The position numbers and the translations under genes are program-made. A DNA stretch of 64,000 bases from Azolla caroliniana. Its lineage: Eukaryota; Plantae; Polypodiophyta. The notes under the pieces are model-generated. The model was not told the DNA's origin. It was given only the letters and a program-made list of their open reading frames with translations, and made no database searches. Positions 11,901 through 26,900 of the stretch are shown one piece after another (position 1 is the first letter of the stretch; every line of letters begins with the position of its first letter). Location: contig JBHGNT010000063.1 of NCBI GenBank assembly GCA_043228905.1, forward strand, positions 1-64,000. Reading direction: 5' to 3'.

Positions 11901-14900
11901 AGACATGACGAAATTATCAAATTTGAGGAGTGAGTTGAGAACAGCCCTTGAGTAAATTAAAATGTTCATACCTGGCTCGTGTAATATCGGATTTTTGTGT
12001 TCAAACATGCGAATCGAAGCTAACACTTCTAGCTATGATATGGAATCAAAAAATCAAGATTTTTAAACTAAGGTCGAGAGACATGACGAAATTACCAAAT
12101 TTGAGGAGTGAGTTGAGAAGAGCCCTTGAGTAAATTAAAATGTTCATACCTGGCTCGTGTGATATCGGAATTTTGTGTTCAAACTTGCAAATCGCAGCTA
12201 ACAACGCTAGCTATGATATGGAATTAAAAAATCAAGATTTTGAAACTCAGGTCGAGAGACATGACGAAATTATCAAATTTGAGGAGTGAGTTGAGAACAG
12301 CCCTTGAGTAAATTAAAATGTTCATACCTGGCTCGTGTAATATCGGATTTTTGTGTTCAAACATGCGAATCGAAGCTAACACTTCTAGCTATGATATGGA
12401 ATCAAAAAATCAAGATTTTTAAACTCAGGTCGAGAGACATGACGAAATTACCAAATTTGAGGAGTGAGTTGAGAAGAGCTAGTAGGTAAATTTAAATGTT
12501 CATACCTAGCTCGTGTGATATCGGATTTTTGTGTTCAAACATGCAAATCGAAGCTAACAACGCTAGCTATGATATGGAATTAAAAATTCAAGAATTTGAA
12601 ACTCAGGTCGAGAGACATGACGAAAATAGCAAACTTGAGGAGGGAGTTGAGAGGAGCCCTTGAGTAAATTAAAATGTTCATACCTGGCTCGTGTGATATC
12701 GGATTTTTGTGTTCAAACATGCAAATCGAAGCTAACAACGCTAGCTATGATATGGAATTAAAAAATCAAGATTTTGAAACTCAGGTCGAGAGACATGACG
12801 AAACTACCAAATTTGAGGAGTGAGTTGAGAAGAGCTAGTAGGTAAATTTAAATGTTCATACTTGGCTCGTGTGATATCGGATTTTTGTGTTCACACATGC
12901 GAATCGAAGCTAACAACGCTAGCTATGATTTGGAATTAAAAAATCAAGAATTGGAAACTCAGGTCGAGAGACATGACGAAATTACCAAATTTGAGGAGTG
13001 AGTTGAGAACAGCCCTTGAGTAAATTAAAATGTTCATACCTGGCTCGTGTGATATCGGATTTTTGTGTTCAAACATGCAAATCGAAGCTAACAACGCTAG
13101 CTATGATATGGAATTAAAAAATCAAGATTTTGAAACTCAGGTCCAGAGACATGACGAAATTACCAAATTTGAGGAGTGAGTTGAGAAGAGCTAGTAGGTA
13201 AATTTAAATGTTCATACTTGGCTCGTGTGATATCGGATTTTTGTGTTCACACATGCGAATCGAAGCTAACAACGCTAGCTATGATTTGGAATTAAAAAAT
13301 CAAGAATTGGAAACTCAGGTCGAGAGACATGACGAAATTACCAAATTTGAGGAGTGAGTTGAGAAGAGCCCTTGAGTAAATTAAAATGTTCATACCTGGC
13401 TCGTGTGATATCGGAATTTTGTGTTCAAACATGCAAATCGAAGCTAACAACGCTAGCTATGATATGGAATTAACGAGAGACATGACGAAATTACCAAATT
13501 TGAGGAGTGAGTTGAGAAGAGCTAGTAGGTAAATTTAAATGTTCATACTTGGCTCGTGGGATATCGGAATTTTGTGTTCAAACATGCAAATCGAAGCTAA
13601 CAACGCTACCTATGATATGGAATTAAAAAATCAAGAATTTGAAACTCAGGTCGAGACACATGACGAAAATAGCAAACTTGAGGAGTGAGTTGAGAAGAGC
13701 CCTTCAGTAAATTAAAATGTTCATACCTGGCTCGTGTGATATCGGAATTTTGTGTTCAAACATGCAAATCGAAGCTAACAACGCGAGCTATGATATGGAA
13801 TTAAAAAATCAAGATTTTGAAACTCAGGTCGAGAGACATGACGAAATTACCAAATTTGAGGAGTGAGTTGAGAACAGCCGTTGAGTAAATTAAAATGTTC
13901 ATACCTGGCTCGTGTAATATCGGATTTTTGTGTTCAAACATGCGAATCGAAGCTAACGACGTGAGCTATGATATGGAATTAAAAAATCAAGAATTTGAAA
14001 CTCAGGTCGAGAGACATGACGAAATTACCAAATTTGAGGAGTGAGTTGAGAACAGCCCTTGAGTAAATTAAAATGTTCATACCTGGCTCGTGTGATATCG
14101 GATTTTTGTGTTCAAACATGCAAATCGAAGCTAACAACGCTAGCTATGATATGGAATTAAAAAATCAAGATTTTGAAACTCAAGTCTAGAGATATGACGA
14201 AAATAGCAAACTTGAGGAGGGGGTTGAGAGGAGCCCTTGAGTTAATTAAAATGTTCATACCTGGCTCGTGTGATATCGGATTTTTGTGTTTAAACATGCA
14301 AACCGAAGCTAACAACGCTAGCTATGATATGGAATTAAAAAATCAAGATTTTGAAACTCAGGTCGAGAGACATGACGAAATTACCAAATTTGAGGAGTGA
14401 GTTGAGAAGAGCAAGTAGGTAAATTTAAATGTTCATACTTGGCTCGTGTGATATCGGATTTTTGTGTTCAAACATGCGAATCGAAGCTAACAACGATAGC
14501 TATGATATGGAATTAAAAAATCAAGATTTTCAAACTCAAGTCGAGAGACATGACGAAATTACCAAATTTGAGGAGTGAGTTGAGAAGAGCTAGTAGGTAA
14601 ATTTAAATGTTCATACTTGGCTCGTGTGATATCGGATTTTTGTGTTCAAACATGCGAATCGAAGCTAACAACGATAGCTATGATATGGAATTAAAAAATC
14701 AAGATTTTGAAACTCAAGTCGAGAGACATGACGAAATTACCAAATTTGAGGAGTGAGTTGAGAACAGCCCTTGAGTAAATTAAAATGTTCATACCTGGCT
14801 CGTGTGATATCGGAATTTTGTGTTCAAACATGCAAATCGAAGCTAACAACGCTAGCTATGATATGGAATTAAAAAATCAAGATTTTGAAACTCAGGTCGA

Positions 14901-17900
14901 GAGACATGACGAAATTAGCAAACTTGAGGAGGGAGTTGAGAGGAGCCCTTGAGTAAATTAAAATGTTCATACCTGGCTCGTGTGATATCGGATTTTTGTG
15001 TTCAAACATGCAAATCGAAGCTAACAACGCTAGCTATGATATGGAATTAAAAAATCAAGATTTCGAAACTCAAGTCCAGAGACATGACGAAAATAGCAAA
15101 CTTGAGGAGGGAGTTGAGAGGAGCCCTTGAGTAAATTAAAATGTTCATACCTGGCTCGTGTGATATCGGATTTTTGTGTTCAAACATGCAAATCGAAGCT
15201 AACAACGCTAGCTATGATATGGAATTAAAAAATCAAGATTTTGAAACTCAGGTCGAGAGACATGACGAAATTACCAAATTTGAGGAGTGAGTTGAGAAGA
15301 GCTAGTAGGTAAATTTAAATGTTCATACTTGGCTCGTGGGATATCGGATTTTTGTGTTCAAACATGCGAATCGAAGCTAACAACGCTAGGTATGATATGG
15401 AATTAAAAAATCAAGATTTTGAAACTCAAGTCGAGAGACATGACGAAATTACCAAATTTGAGGAGTGAGTTGAGAAGAGCCCTTGAGTAAATTAAAATGT
15501 TCATACCTGGCTCGTGTGATATCGGAATTTTGTGTTCAAACATGCAAATCGAAGCTAACAACGCTACCTATGATATGGAATTAAAAAATCAAGAATTTGA
15601 AACTCAGGTCGAGACACATGACGAAAATAGCAAACTTGAGGAGTGAGTTGAGAACAGCCGTTGAGTAAATTAAAATGTTCATACCTGGCTCGTGTGATAT
15701 CGGAATTTTGTGTTCAAACATGCAAATCGAAGCTAACGACGCGAGCTATGATATGGAATTAAAAAATCAAGATTTTGAAACTCAGGTCGAGAGACATGAC
15801 GAAATTACCAAATTTGAGGAGTGAGTTGAGAACAGCCGTTGAGTAAATTAAAATGTTCATACCTGGCTCGTGTAATATCGGATTTTTGTGTTCAAACATG
15901 CGAATCGAAGCTAACGACATGAGCTATGATATGGAATTAAAAAATCAAGAATTTGAAACTCAGGTCGAGAGACATGACGAAATTACCAAATTTGAGGAGT
16001 GAGTTGAGAGCAGCCCTTGAGTAAATTAAAATGTTCATACCTGGCTCGTGTGATATCGGATTTTTGTGTTCAAACATGCAAATCGAAGCTAACAACGCTA
16101 GCTATGATATGGAATTAAAAAATCAAGATTTTGAAACTCAAGTCTAGAGACATGACGAAAATAGCAAACTTGAGGAGGGAGTTGAGAGGAGCCCTTGAGT
16201 TAATTAAAATGTTCATACCTGGCTCGTGTGATATCGGATTTTTGTGTTTAAACATGCAAACCGAAGCTAACAACGCTAGCTATGATATGGAATTAAAAAA
16301 TCAAGATTTTGAAACTCAGGTCGAGAGACATGATGAAATTACCAAATTTGAGGAGTGAGTTGAGAAGAGCTAGTAGGTAAATTTAAATGTTCATACTTGG
16401 CTCGTGTGATATCGGATTTTTGTGTTCAAACATGCGAATCGAAGCTAACAACGATAGCTATGATATGGAATTAAAAAATCAAGATTTTCAAACTCAAGTC
16501 GAGAGACATGACGAAATTACCAAATTTGAGGAGTGAGTTGAGAAGAGCTAGTAGGTAAATTTAAATGTTCATACTTGGCTCGTGTGATATCGGATTTTTG
16601 TGTTCAAACATGCGAATCGAAGCTAACAACGATAGCTATGATATGGAATTAAAAAATCAAGATTTTGAAACTCAAGTCGAGAGACATGACGAAATTACCA
16701 AATTTGAGGAGTGAGTTGAGAACAGCCCTTGAGTAAATTAAAATGTTCATACCTGGCTCGTGTGATATCGGATTTTTGTGTTCAAACATGCGAATCGAAG
16801 CTAACAACGCTACCTATGATATGGAATTAAAAAATTAAGATTTTGAAACTCAGGTCGAGACACATGACGAAAATAGCAAACTTGAGGAGTGAGTTGAGAA
16901 GAGCCCTTGAGTAAATTAAAATGTTCATACCTGGCTCGTGTGATATCGGAATTTTGTGTTCAAACATGCAAATCGAAGCTAACAACGCTAGCTATGATAT
17001 GGAATTAAAAAATCAAGATTTTGAAACTCAGATCGAGAGACATGACGAAATTAGCAAACTTGAGGAGGGAGTTGAGAGGAGCCCTTGAGTAAATTAAAAT
17101 GTTCATACCTGGCTCGTGTGATATCGGATTTTTGTGTTCAAACATGCAAATCGAAGCTAACAACGCTAGCTATGATATGGAATTAAAAAATCAAGATTTC
17201 GAAACTCAAGTCCAGAGACATGACGAAAATAGCAAACTTGAGGAGGGAGTTGAGAGGAGCCCTTGAGTAAATTAAAATGTTCATACCTGGCTCGTGTGAT
17301 ATCGGATTTTTGTGTTCAAACATGCAAATCGAAGCTAACAACGCTAGCTATGATATGGAATTAAAAAATCAAGATTTTGAAACTCAGGTCGAGAGACATG
17401 ACGAAATTACCAAATTTGAGGAGTGAGTTGAGAAGAGCTAGTAGGTAAATTTAAATGTTCATACTTGGATCGTGGGATATCCGATTTTTGTGTTCAAACA
17501 TGCGAATCGAAGCTAACAACGCTAGGTATGATATGGAATTAAAAAATCAAGATTTTGAAACTCAAGTCGAGAGACATGACGAAATTACCAAATTTGAGGA
17601 GTGAGTTGAGAAGAGCCCTTGAGTAAATTAAAATGTTCATACCTGGCTCGTGTGATATCGGAATTTTGTGTTCAAACATGCAAATCGAAGCTAACAACGC
17701 GAGCTATGATATGGAATTAAAAAATCAAGATTTTGAAACTCAGGTCGAGAGACATGACGAAATTACCAAATTTGAGGAGTGAGTTGAGAACAGCCGTTGA
17801 GTAAATTAAAATGTTCATACCTGGCTCGTGTAATATCGGATTTTTGTGTTCAAACATGCGAATCGAAGCTAACGACGTGAGCTATGATATGGAATTAAAA

Positions 17901-20900
17901 AATCAAGAATTTGAAACTCAGGTCGAGAGACATGACGAAATTACTAAATTTGAGGAGTGAGTTGAGAACAGCCCTTGAGTAAATTAAAATGTTCATACCT
18001 GGCTCATGTGATATCGGACATTTGTGTTCAAACATGCAAATCGAAGCTAACAACGCTAGCTATGATATGGAATTAAAAATTCAAGAATTTGAAACTCAGG
18101 TCGAGAGACATGACGAAAATAGCAAACTTGAGGAGGGAGTTGAGAGGAGCCCTTGAGTAAATTAAAATGTTCATACCTGGCTCGTGTGATATCGGATTTT
18201 TGTGTTCAAACATGCAAATCGAAGCTAACAACGCTAGCTATGATATGGAATTAAAAAATCAAGATTTTGAAACTCAGGTCGAGAGACATGACGAAATTAC
18301 CAAATTTGAGGAGTGAGTTGAGAACAGCCGTTGAGTAAATTAAAATGTTCATACCTGGCTCGTGTAATATCGGATTTTTGTGTTCAAACATGCGAATCGA
18401 AGCTAACGACGTGAGCTATGATATGGAATTAAAAAATCAAGAATTTGAAACTCAGGTCGAGAGACATGACGAAATTACCAAATTTGAGGAGTGAGTTGAG
18501 AAGAGCCCTTGAGTAAATTAAAATGTTCATACCTGGCTCGTGTGATATCGGATTTTTGTGTTCAAACATGCAAATCGAAGCTAACAACGCTAGGTATGAT
18601 ATGGAATTAAAAAATCAAGAATTTGAAACTCAGGTCGAGAGACATGACGAAAATAGCAAACATGAGGAGGGAGTTGAGAGGAGCCCTTGAGTAAATTAAA
18701 ATGTTCATACCTGGCTCGTGTGATATCGGATTTTTGTGTTCAAACATGCAAATCGAAGCTAACAACGCTAGCTATGATATGGAATTAAAAAATCAAGATT
18801 TTGAAACTCAACTCGAGAGACATGACGAAATTACCAAATTTGAGGAGTGAGTTAAGAAGAGCCCTTGAGTAAATTAAAATGTTCATACCTGGCTCGTGTG
18901 ATATCGGAATTTTTGTGTTCAAACATGCAAATCGAAGCTAACAACGCGAGCTATGAGATGGAATTAAAAAATCAAGATTTTGAAACTCAGGTCGAGAGAC
19001 ATGACGAAATTACCAAATTTGAGGAGTGAGTTGAGAACAGCCGTTGAGTAAATTAAAATGTTCATACCTGGCTCGTGTAATATCGGATTTTTGTGTTCAA
19101 ACATGCGAATCGAAGCTAACGACGCGAGCTATGATATGGAATTAAAAAATCAAGAATTTGAAACTCAGGTCGAGAGACATGACGAAATTACCAAATTTGA
19201 GGAGTGAGTTGAGAACAGCCCTTGAGTAAATTAAAATGTTCATACCTGGCTCGTGTGATATCGGACATTTGTCTTCAAACATGCAAATCGAAGCTAACAA
19301 CGCTAGCTATGATATGGAATTAAAAAATCAAGATTTTGAAACTCAAGTCCAGAGAGATGAAGAAAATAGCAAACTTGAGGAGGGAGTTGAGAGGAGCCCT
19401 TGAGTTAATTAAAATGTTCATACCTGGCTCGTGTGATATCGGATTTTAGTGTTCAAAGATGCAAATCGAAGCTAACAACACTAGCTATGATATGGAATTA
19501 AAAAATCAAGATTTTGAAACTCAAGTCGAGAGACATGACGAAATTACCAAATTTGAGGAGTGAGTTGAGAACAGCCCTTGAGTAAATTAAAATGTTCATA
19601 CCTGGCTCGTGTAATATCGGATTTTTGTGTTCAAACATGCGAATCGAAGCTAACACTTCTAGCTATGATATGGAATCAAAAAATCAAGATTCTTAAACTC
19701 AGGTCGAGAGACATGACGAAATTACCAAATTTGAGGAGTGAGTTGAGAAGAGCTAGTAGGTAAATTTAAATGTTCATACCTAGCTCGTGTGATATCGGAT
19801 TTTTGTGTTCAAACATGCAAATCGAAGCTAACAACGCTAGCTATGATATGGAATTAAAAAATCAAGATTTTGAAACTCAGGTCGAGAGACATGACGAAAT
19901 TACCAAATTTGAGGAGTGAGTTGAGAAGAGCCCTTGAGTAAATTAAAATGTTCATACCTGGCTCGTGTGATATCGGAATTTTGTGTTCAAACATGCAAAT
20001 CGAAGCTAACAACGCTAGGTATGATATGGAATTAAAAAATCAAGATTTTGAAACTCAAGTCGAGAGACATGACGAAATTATCAAATTTGAGGAGTGAGTT
20101 GAGAACAGCCCTTGAGTAAATTAAAATGTTCATACCTGGCTCGTGTAATATTGGATTTTTGTGTTCAAACATGCGAATCGAAGCTAACACTTCTAGCTAT
20201 GATATGGAATCAAAAAATCAAGATTTTAAAACTCAGGTCGAGAGACATGACGAAATTACCAAATTTGAGGAGTGAGTTGAGAAGATCTAGTAGGTAAATT
20301 TAAATGTTCATACCTAGCTCGTGTGATATCGGATATTTGTGTTCAAACATGCAAATCGAAGCTAACAACGCTAGGTATGATATGGAATTAAAAAATCAAG
20401 AATTTGAAACTCAGGTCGAGAGACATGACGAAATTACCAAATTTGAGGAGTGAGTTGAGAAGAGCTAGTAGGTAAATTTAAATGTTCATACTTGGCTCGT
20501 GTGATATCGGATTTTTGTGTTCACACATGCGAATCGAAGCTAACAACCCTAGCTATGATATGGAATTAAAAAATCAAGATTTTGAAACTCAAGTCGAGAG
20601 ACATGACGAAATTACCAAATTTGAGGAGTGAGTTGAGAAGAGCCCTTGAGTAAATTAAAATGTTCATACCTGGCTCGTGTGATATCGGATTTTTGTGTTC
20701 AAACATGCATATCGAAGCTAACGACGCGAGCTATGATATAGAATTAAAAAATCAAGATTTTGAAACTCAGGTCGAGAGACATGAAGAAATTACCAAATTT
20801 GAGAAGTGAGTTGAGACCAGCCCTTGAGTAAATTAAAATATTCATACCTGGCTCGTGTGATATCGGATTTTTGTGTTCAAACATGCAAATCGAAGCTAAC

Positions 20901-23900
20901 GACGCGAGCTATGATATAGAATTAAAAAATCAAGATTTTGAAACTCAGGTCGAGAGACATGAAAAAATTACCAAATTTGAGGAGTGAGTTGAGAACAGCC
21001 CTTGAGTAAATTAAAATATTCATACCTGGCTCGTGTGATATCGGATTTTTGTGTTCAAACATGCAAATCGAAGCTAACAACGCTAGCTATGATATGGACT
21101 TAAAAAATCAAGATTTTGAAACTCAAGTCGGCGACATGACGAAATTACCAAATTTGAGGAGTGAGTTGAGAAGAGCCCTTGAGTAAATTAAAATGTTCAT
21201 ACCTGGCTCGTGTGATATCGGAATTTTGTGTTCAAACTTGCAAATCGAAGCTAACAACGCTAGCTATGATATGGAATTAAAAAATCAAGATTTTGAAACT
21301 CAGGTCGAGAGACATGACGAAATTATCAAATTTGAGGAGTGAGTTGAGAACAGCCCTTGAGTAAATTAAAATGTTCATACCTGGCTCGTGTAATATCGGA
21401 TTTTTGTGTTCAAACATGCGAATCGAAGCTAACACTTCTAGCTATGATATGGAATCAAAAAATCAAGATTTTTAAACTAAGGTCGAGAGACATGACGAAA
21501 TTACCAAATTTGAGGAGTGAGTTGAGAAGAGCCCTTGAGTAAATTAAAATGTTCATACCTGGCTCGTGTGATATCGGAATTTTGTGTTCAAACTTGCAAA
21601 TCGCAGCTAACAACGCTAGCTATGATATGGAATTAAAAAATCAAGATTTTGAAACTCAGGTCGAGAGACATGACGAAATTATCAAATTTGAGGAGTGAGT
21701 TGAGAACAGCCCTTGAGTAAATTAAAATGTTCATACCTGGCTCGTGTAATATCGGATTTTTGTGTTCAAACATGCGAATCGAAGCTAACACTTCTAGCTA
21801 TGATATGGAATCAAAAAATCAAGATTTTTAAACTCAGGTCGAGAGACATGACGAAATTACCAAATTTGAGGAGTGAGTTGAGAAGAGCTAGTAGGTAAAT
21901 TTAAATGTTCATACCTAGCTCGTGTGATATCGGATTTTTGTGTTCAAACATGCAAATCGAAGCTAACAACGCTAGCTATGATATGGAATTAAAAATTCAA
22001 GAATTTGAAACTCAGGTCGAGAGACATGACGAAAATAGCAAACTTGAGGAGGGAGTTGAGAGGAGCCCTTGAGTAAATTAAAATGTTCATACCTGGCTCG
22101 TGTGATATCGGATTTTTGTGTTCAAACATGCAAATCGAAGCTAACAACGCTAGCTATGATATGGAATTAAAAAATCAAGATTTTGAAACTCAGGTCGAGA
22201 GACATGACGAAATTACCAAATTTGAGGAGTGAGTTGAGAAGAGCTAGTAGGTAAATTTAAATGTTCATACTTGGCTCGTGTGATATCGGATTTTTGTGTT
22301 CACACATGCGAATCGAAGCTAACAACGCTAGCTATTATTTGGAATTAAAAAATCAAGAATTGGAAACTCAGGTCGAGAGACATGACGAAATTACCAAATT
22401 TGAGGAGTGAGTTGAGAACAGCCCTTGAGTAAATTAAAATGTTCATACCTGGCTCGTGTGATATCGGATTTTTGTGTTCAAACATGCAAATCGAAGCTAA
22501 CAACGCTAGCTATGATATGGAATTAAAAAATCAAGATTTTGAAACTCAGGTCCAGAGACATGACGAAATTACCAAATTTGAGGAGTGAGTTGAGAAGAGC
22601 TAGTAGGTAAATTTAAATGTTCATACTTGGCTCGTGTGATATCGGATTTTTGTGTTCACACATGCGAATCGAAGCTAACAACGCTAGCTATGATTTGGAA
22701 TTAAAAAATCAAGAATTGGAAACTCAGGTCGAGAGACATGACGAAATTACCAAATTTGAGGAGTGAGTTGAGAAGAGCCCTTGAGTAAATTAAAATGTTC
22801 ATACCTGGCTCGTGTGATATCGGAATTTTGTGTTCAAACATGCAAATCGAAGCTAACAACGCTAGCTATGATATGGAATTAAAAAATCAAGATTTTGAAA
22901 CTCAAGTCGAGAGACATGACGAAATTACCAAATTTGAGGAGTGAGTTGAGAAGAGCTAGTAGGTAAATTTAAATGTTCATACTTGGCTCGTGGGATATCG
23001 GAATTTTGTGTTCAAACATGCAAATCGAAGCTAACAACGCTACCTATGATATGGAATTAAAAAATCAAGAATTTGAAACTCAGGTCGAGACACATGACGA
23101 AAATAGCAAACTTGAGGAGTGAGTTGAGAAGAGCCCTTGAGTAAATTAAAATGTTCATACCTGGCTCGTGTGATATCGGAATTTTGTGTTCAAACATGCA
23201 AATCGAAGCTAACAACGCGAGCTATGATATGGAATTAAAAAATCAAGATTTTGAAACTCAGGTCGAGAGACATGACGAAATTACCAAATTTGAGGAGTGA
23301 GTTGAGAACAGCCGTTGAGTAAATTAAAATGTTCATACCTGGCTCGTGTAATATCGGATTTTTGTGTTCAAACATGCGAATCGAAGCTAACGACGTGAGC
23401 TATGATATGGAATTAAAAAATCAAGAATTTGAAACTCAGGTCGAGAGACATGACGAAATTACCAAATTTGAGGAGTGAGTTGAGAACAGCCCTTGAGTAA
23501 ATTAAAATGTTCATACCTGGCTCGTGTGATATCGGATTTTTGTGTTCAAACATGCAAATCGAAGCTAACAACGCTAGCTATGATATGGAATTAAAAAATC
23601 AAGATTTTGAAACTCAAGTCTAGAGACATGACGAAAATAGCAAACTTGAGGAGGGGGTTGAGAGGAGCCCTTGAGTTAATTAAAATGTTCATACCTGGCT
23701 CGTGTGATATCGGATTTTTGTGTTTAAACATGCAAACCGAAGCTAACAACGCTAGCTATGATATGGAATTAAAAAATCAAGATTTTGAAACTCAGGTCGA
23801 GAGACATGACGAAATTACCAAATTTGAGGAGTGAGTTGAGAAGAGCAAGTAGGTAAATTTAAATGTTCATACTTGGCTCGTGTGATATCGGATTTTTGTG

Positions 23901-26900
23901 TTCAAACATGCGAATCGAAGCTAACAACGATAGCTATGATATGGAATTAAAAAATCAAGATTTTCAAACTCAAGTCGAGAGACATGACGAAATTACCAAA
24001 TTTGAGGAGTGAGTTGAGAAGAGCTAGTAGGTAAATTTAAATGTTCATACTTGGCTCGTGTGATATCGGATTTTTGTGTTCAAACATGCGAATCGAAGCT
24101 AACAACGATAGCTATGATATGGAATTAAAAAATCAAGATTTTGAAACTCAAGTCGAGAGACATGACGAAATTACCAAATTTGAGGAGTGAGTTGAGAAGA
24201 GCCCTTGAGTAAATTAAAATGTTCATACCTGGCTCGTGTGATATCGGAATTTTGTGTTCAAACATGCAAATCGAAGCTAACAACGCTAGCTATGATATGG
24301 AATTAAAAAATCAAGATTTTGAAACTCAGGTCGAGAGACATGACGAAATTAGCAAACTTGAGGAGGGAGTTGAGAGGAGCCCTTGAGTAAATTAAAATGT
24401 TCATACCTGGCTCGTGTGATATCGGATTTTTGTGTTCAAACATGCAAATCGAAGCTAACAACGCTAGCTATGATATGGAATTAAAAAATCAAGATTTCGA
24501 AACTCAAGTCCAGAGACATGACGAAAATAGCAAACTTGAGGAGGGAGTTGAGAGGAGCCCTTGAGTAAATTAAAATGTTCATACCTGGCTCGTGTGATAT
24601 CGGATTTTTGTGTTCAAACATGCAAATCGAAGCTAACAACGCTAGCTATGATATGGAATTAAAAAATCAAGATTTTGAAACTCAGGTCGAGAGACATGAC
24701 GAAATTACCAAATTTGAGGAGTGAGTTGAGAAGAGCTAGTAGGTAAATTTAAATGTTCATACTTGGCTCGTGGGATATCGGATTTTTGTGTTCAAACATG
24801 CGAATCGAAGCTAACAACGCTAGGTATGATATGGAATTAAAAAATCAAGATTTTGAAACTCAAGTCGAGAGACATGACGAAATTACCAAATTTGAGGAGT
24901 GAGTTGAGAAGAGCCCTTGAGTAAATTAAAATGTTCATACCTGGCTCGTGTGATATCGGAATTTTGTGTTCAAACATGCAAATCGAAGCTAACAACGCTA
25001 GCTATGATATGGAATTAAAAAATCAAGATTTTGAAACTCAGGTCGAGAGACATGACGAAATTAGCAAACTTGAGGAGGGAGTTGAGAGGAGCCCTTGAGT
25101 AAATTAAAATGTTCATACCTGGCTCGTGTGATATCGGATTTTTGTGTTCAAACATGCAAATCGAAGCTAACAACGCTAGCTATGATATGGAATTAAAAAA
25201 TCAAGATTTTGAAACTCAAGTCTAGAGACATGACGAAAATAGCAAACTTGAGGAGGGGGTTGAGAGGAGCCCTTGAGTTAATTAAAATGTTCATACCTGG
25301 CTCGTGTGATATCGGATTTTTGTGTTTAAACATGCAAACCGAAGCTAACAACGCTAGCTATGATATGGAATTAAAAAATCAAGATTTTGAAACTCAGGTC
25401 GAGAGACATGACGAAATTACCAAATTTGAGGAGTGAGTTGAGAAGAGCTAGTAGGTAAATTTAAATGTTCATACTTGGCTCGTGTGATATCGGATTTTTG
25501 TGTTCAAACATGCGAATCGAAGCTAACAACGATAGCTATGATATGGAATTAAAAAATCAAGATTTTGAAACTCAAGTCGAGAGACATGACGAAATTACCA
25601 AATTTGAGGAGTGAGTTGAGAAGAGCTAGTAGGTAAATTTAAATGTTCATACTTGGCTCGTGTGATATCGGAATTTTGTGTTCAAACATGCAAATCGAAG
25701 CTAACAACGCTACCTATGATATGGAATTAAAAAATCAAGAATTTGAAACTCAGGTCGAGACACATGACGAAAATAGCAAACTTGAGGAGTGAGTTGAGAA
25801 CAGCCGTTGAGTAAATTAAAATGTTCATACCTGGCTCGTGTGATATCGGAATTTTGTGTTCAAACATGCAAATCGAAGCTAACGACGCGAGCTATGATAT
25901 GGAATTAAAAAATCAAGATTTTGAAACTCAGGTCGAGAGACATGACGAAATTACCAAATTTGAGGAGTGAGTTGAGAACAGCCGTTGAGTAAATTAAAAT
26001 GTTCATACCTGGCTCGTGTAATATCGGATTTTTGTGTTCAAACATGCGAATCGAAGCTAACGACATGAGCTATGATATGGAATTAAAAAATCAAGAATTT
26101 GAAACTCAGGTCGAGAGACATGACGAAATTACCAAATTTGAGGAGTGAGTTGAGAGCAGCCCTTGAGTAAATTAAAATGTTCATACCTGGCTCGTGTGAT
26201 ATCGGATTTTTGTGTTCAAACATGCAAATCGAAGCTAACAACGCTAGCTATGATATGGAATTAAAAAATCAAGATTTTGAAACTCAAGTCTAGAGACATG
26301 ACGAAAATAGCAAACTTGAGGAGGGAGTTGAGAGGAGCCCTTGAGTTAATTAAAATGTTCATACCTGGCTCGTGTGATATCGGATTTTTGTGTTTAAACA
26401 TGCAAACCGAAGCTAACAACGCTAGCTATGATATGGAATTAAAAAATCAAGATTTCGAAACTCAAGTCCAGAGACATGATGAAATTACCAAATTTGAGGA
26501 GGGAGTTGAGAAGAGCTAGTAGGTAAATTTAAATGTTCATACTTGGCTCGTGTGATATCGGATTTTTGTGTTCAAACATGCGAATCGAAGCTAACAACGA
26601 TAGCTATGATATGGAATTAAAAAATCAAGATTTTCAAACTCAAGTCGAGAGACATGACGAAATTACCAAATTTGAGGAGTGAGTTGAGAAGAGCTAGTAG
26701 GTAAATTTAAATGTTCATACTTGGCTCGTGTGATATCGGATTTTTGTGTTCAAACATGCGAATCGAAGCTAACAACGATAGCTATGATATGGAATTAAAA
26801 AATCAAGATTTTGAAACTCAAGTCGAGAGACATGACGAAATTACCAAATTTGAGGAGTGAGTTGAGAACAGCCCTTGAGTAAATTAAAATGTTCATACCT

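Noticed and set aside
9991-21898. 61-aa ORF family (MSKLKCSYLARV...)
   Set aside because: TTG-initiated translations of one satellite monomer. They open only where SNPs (TGA>TAA shift context, TAA>CAA variants) remove stops; most monomers are closed. No recognisable domain.
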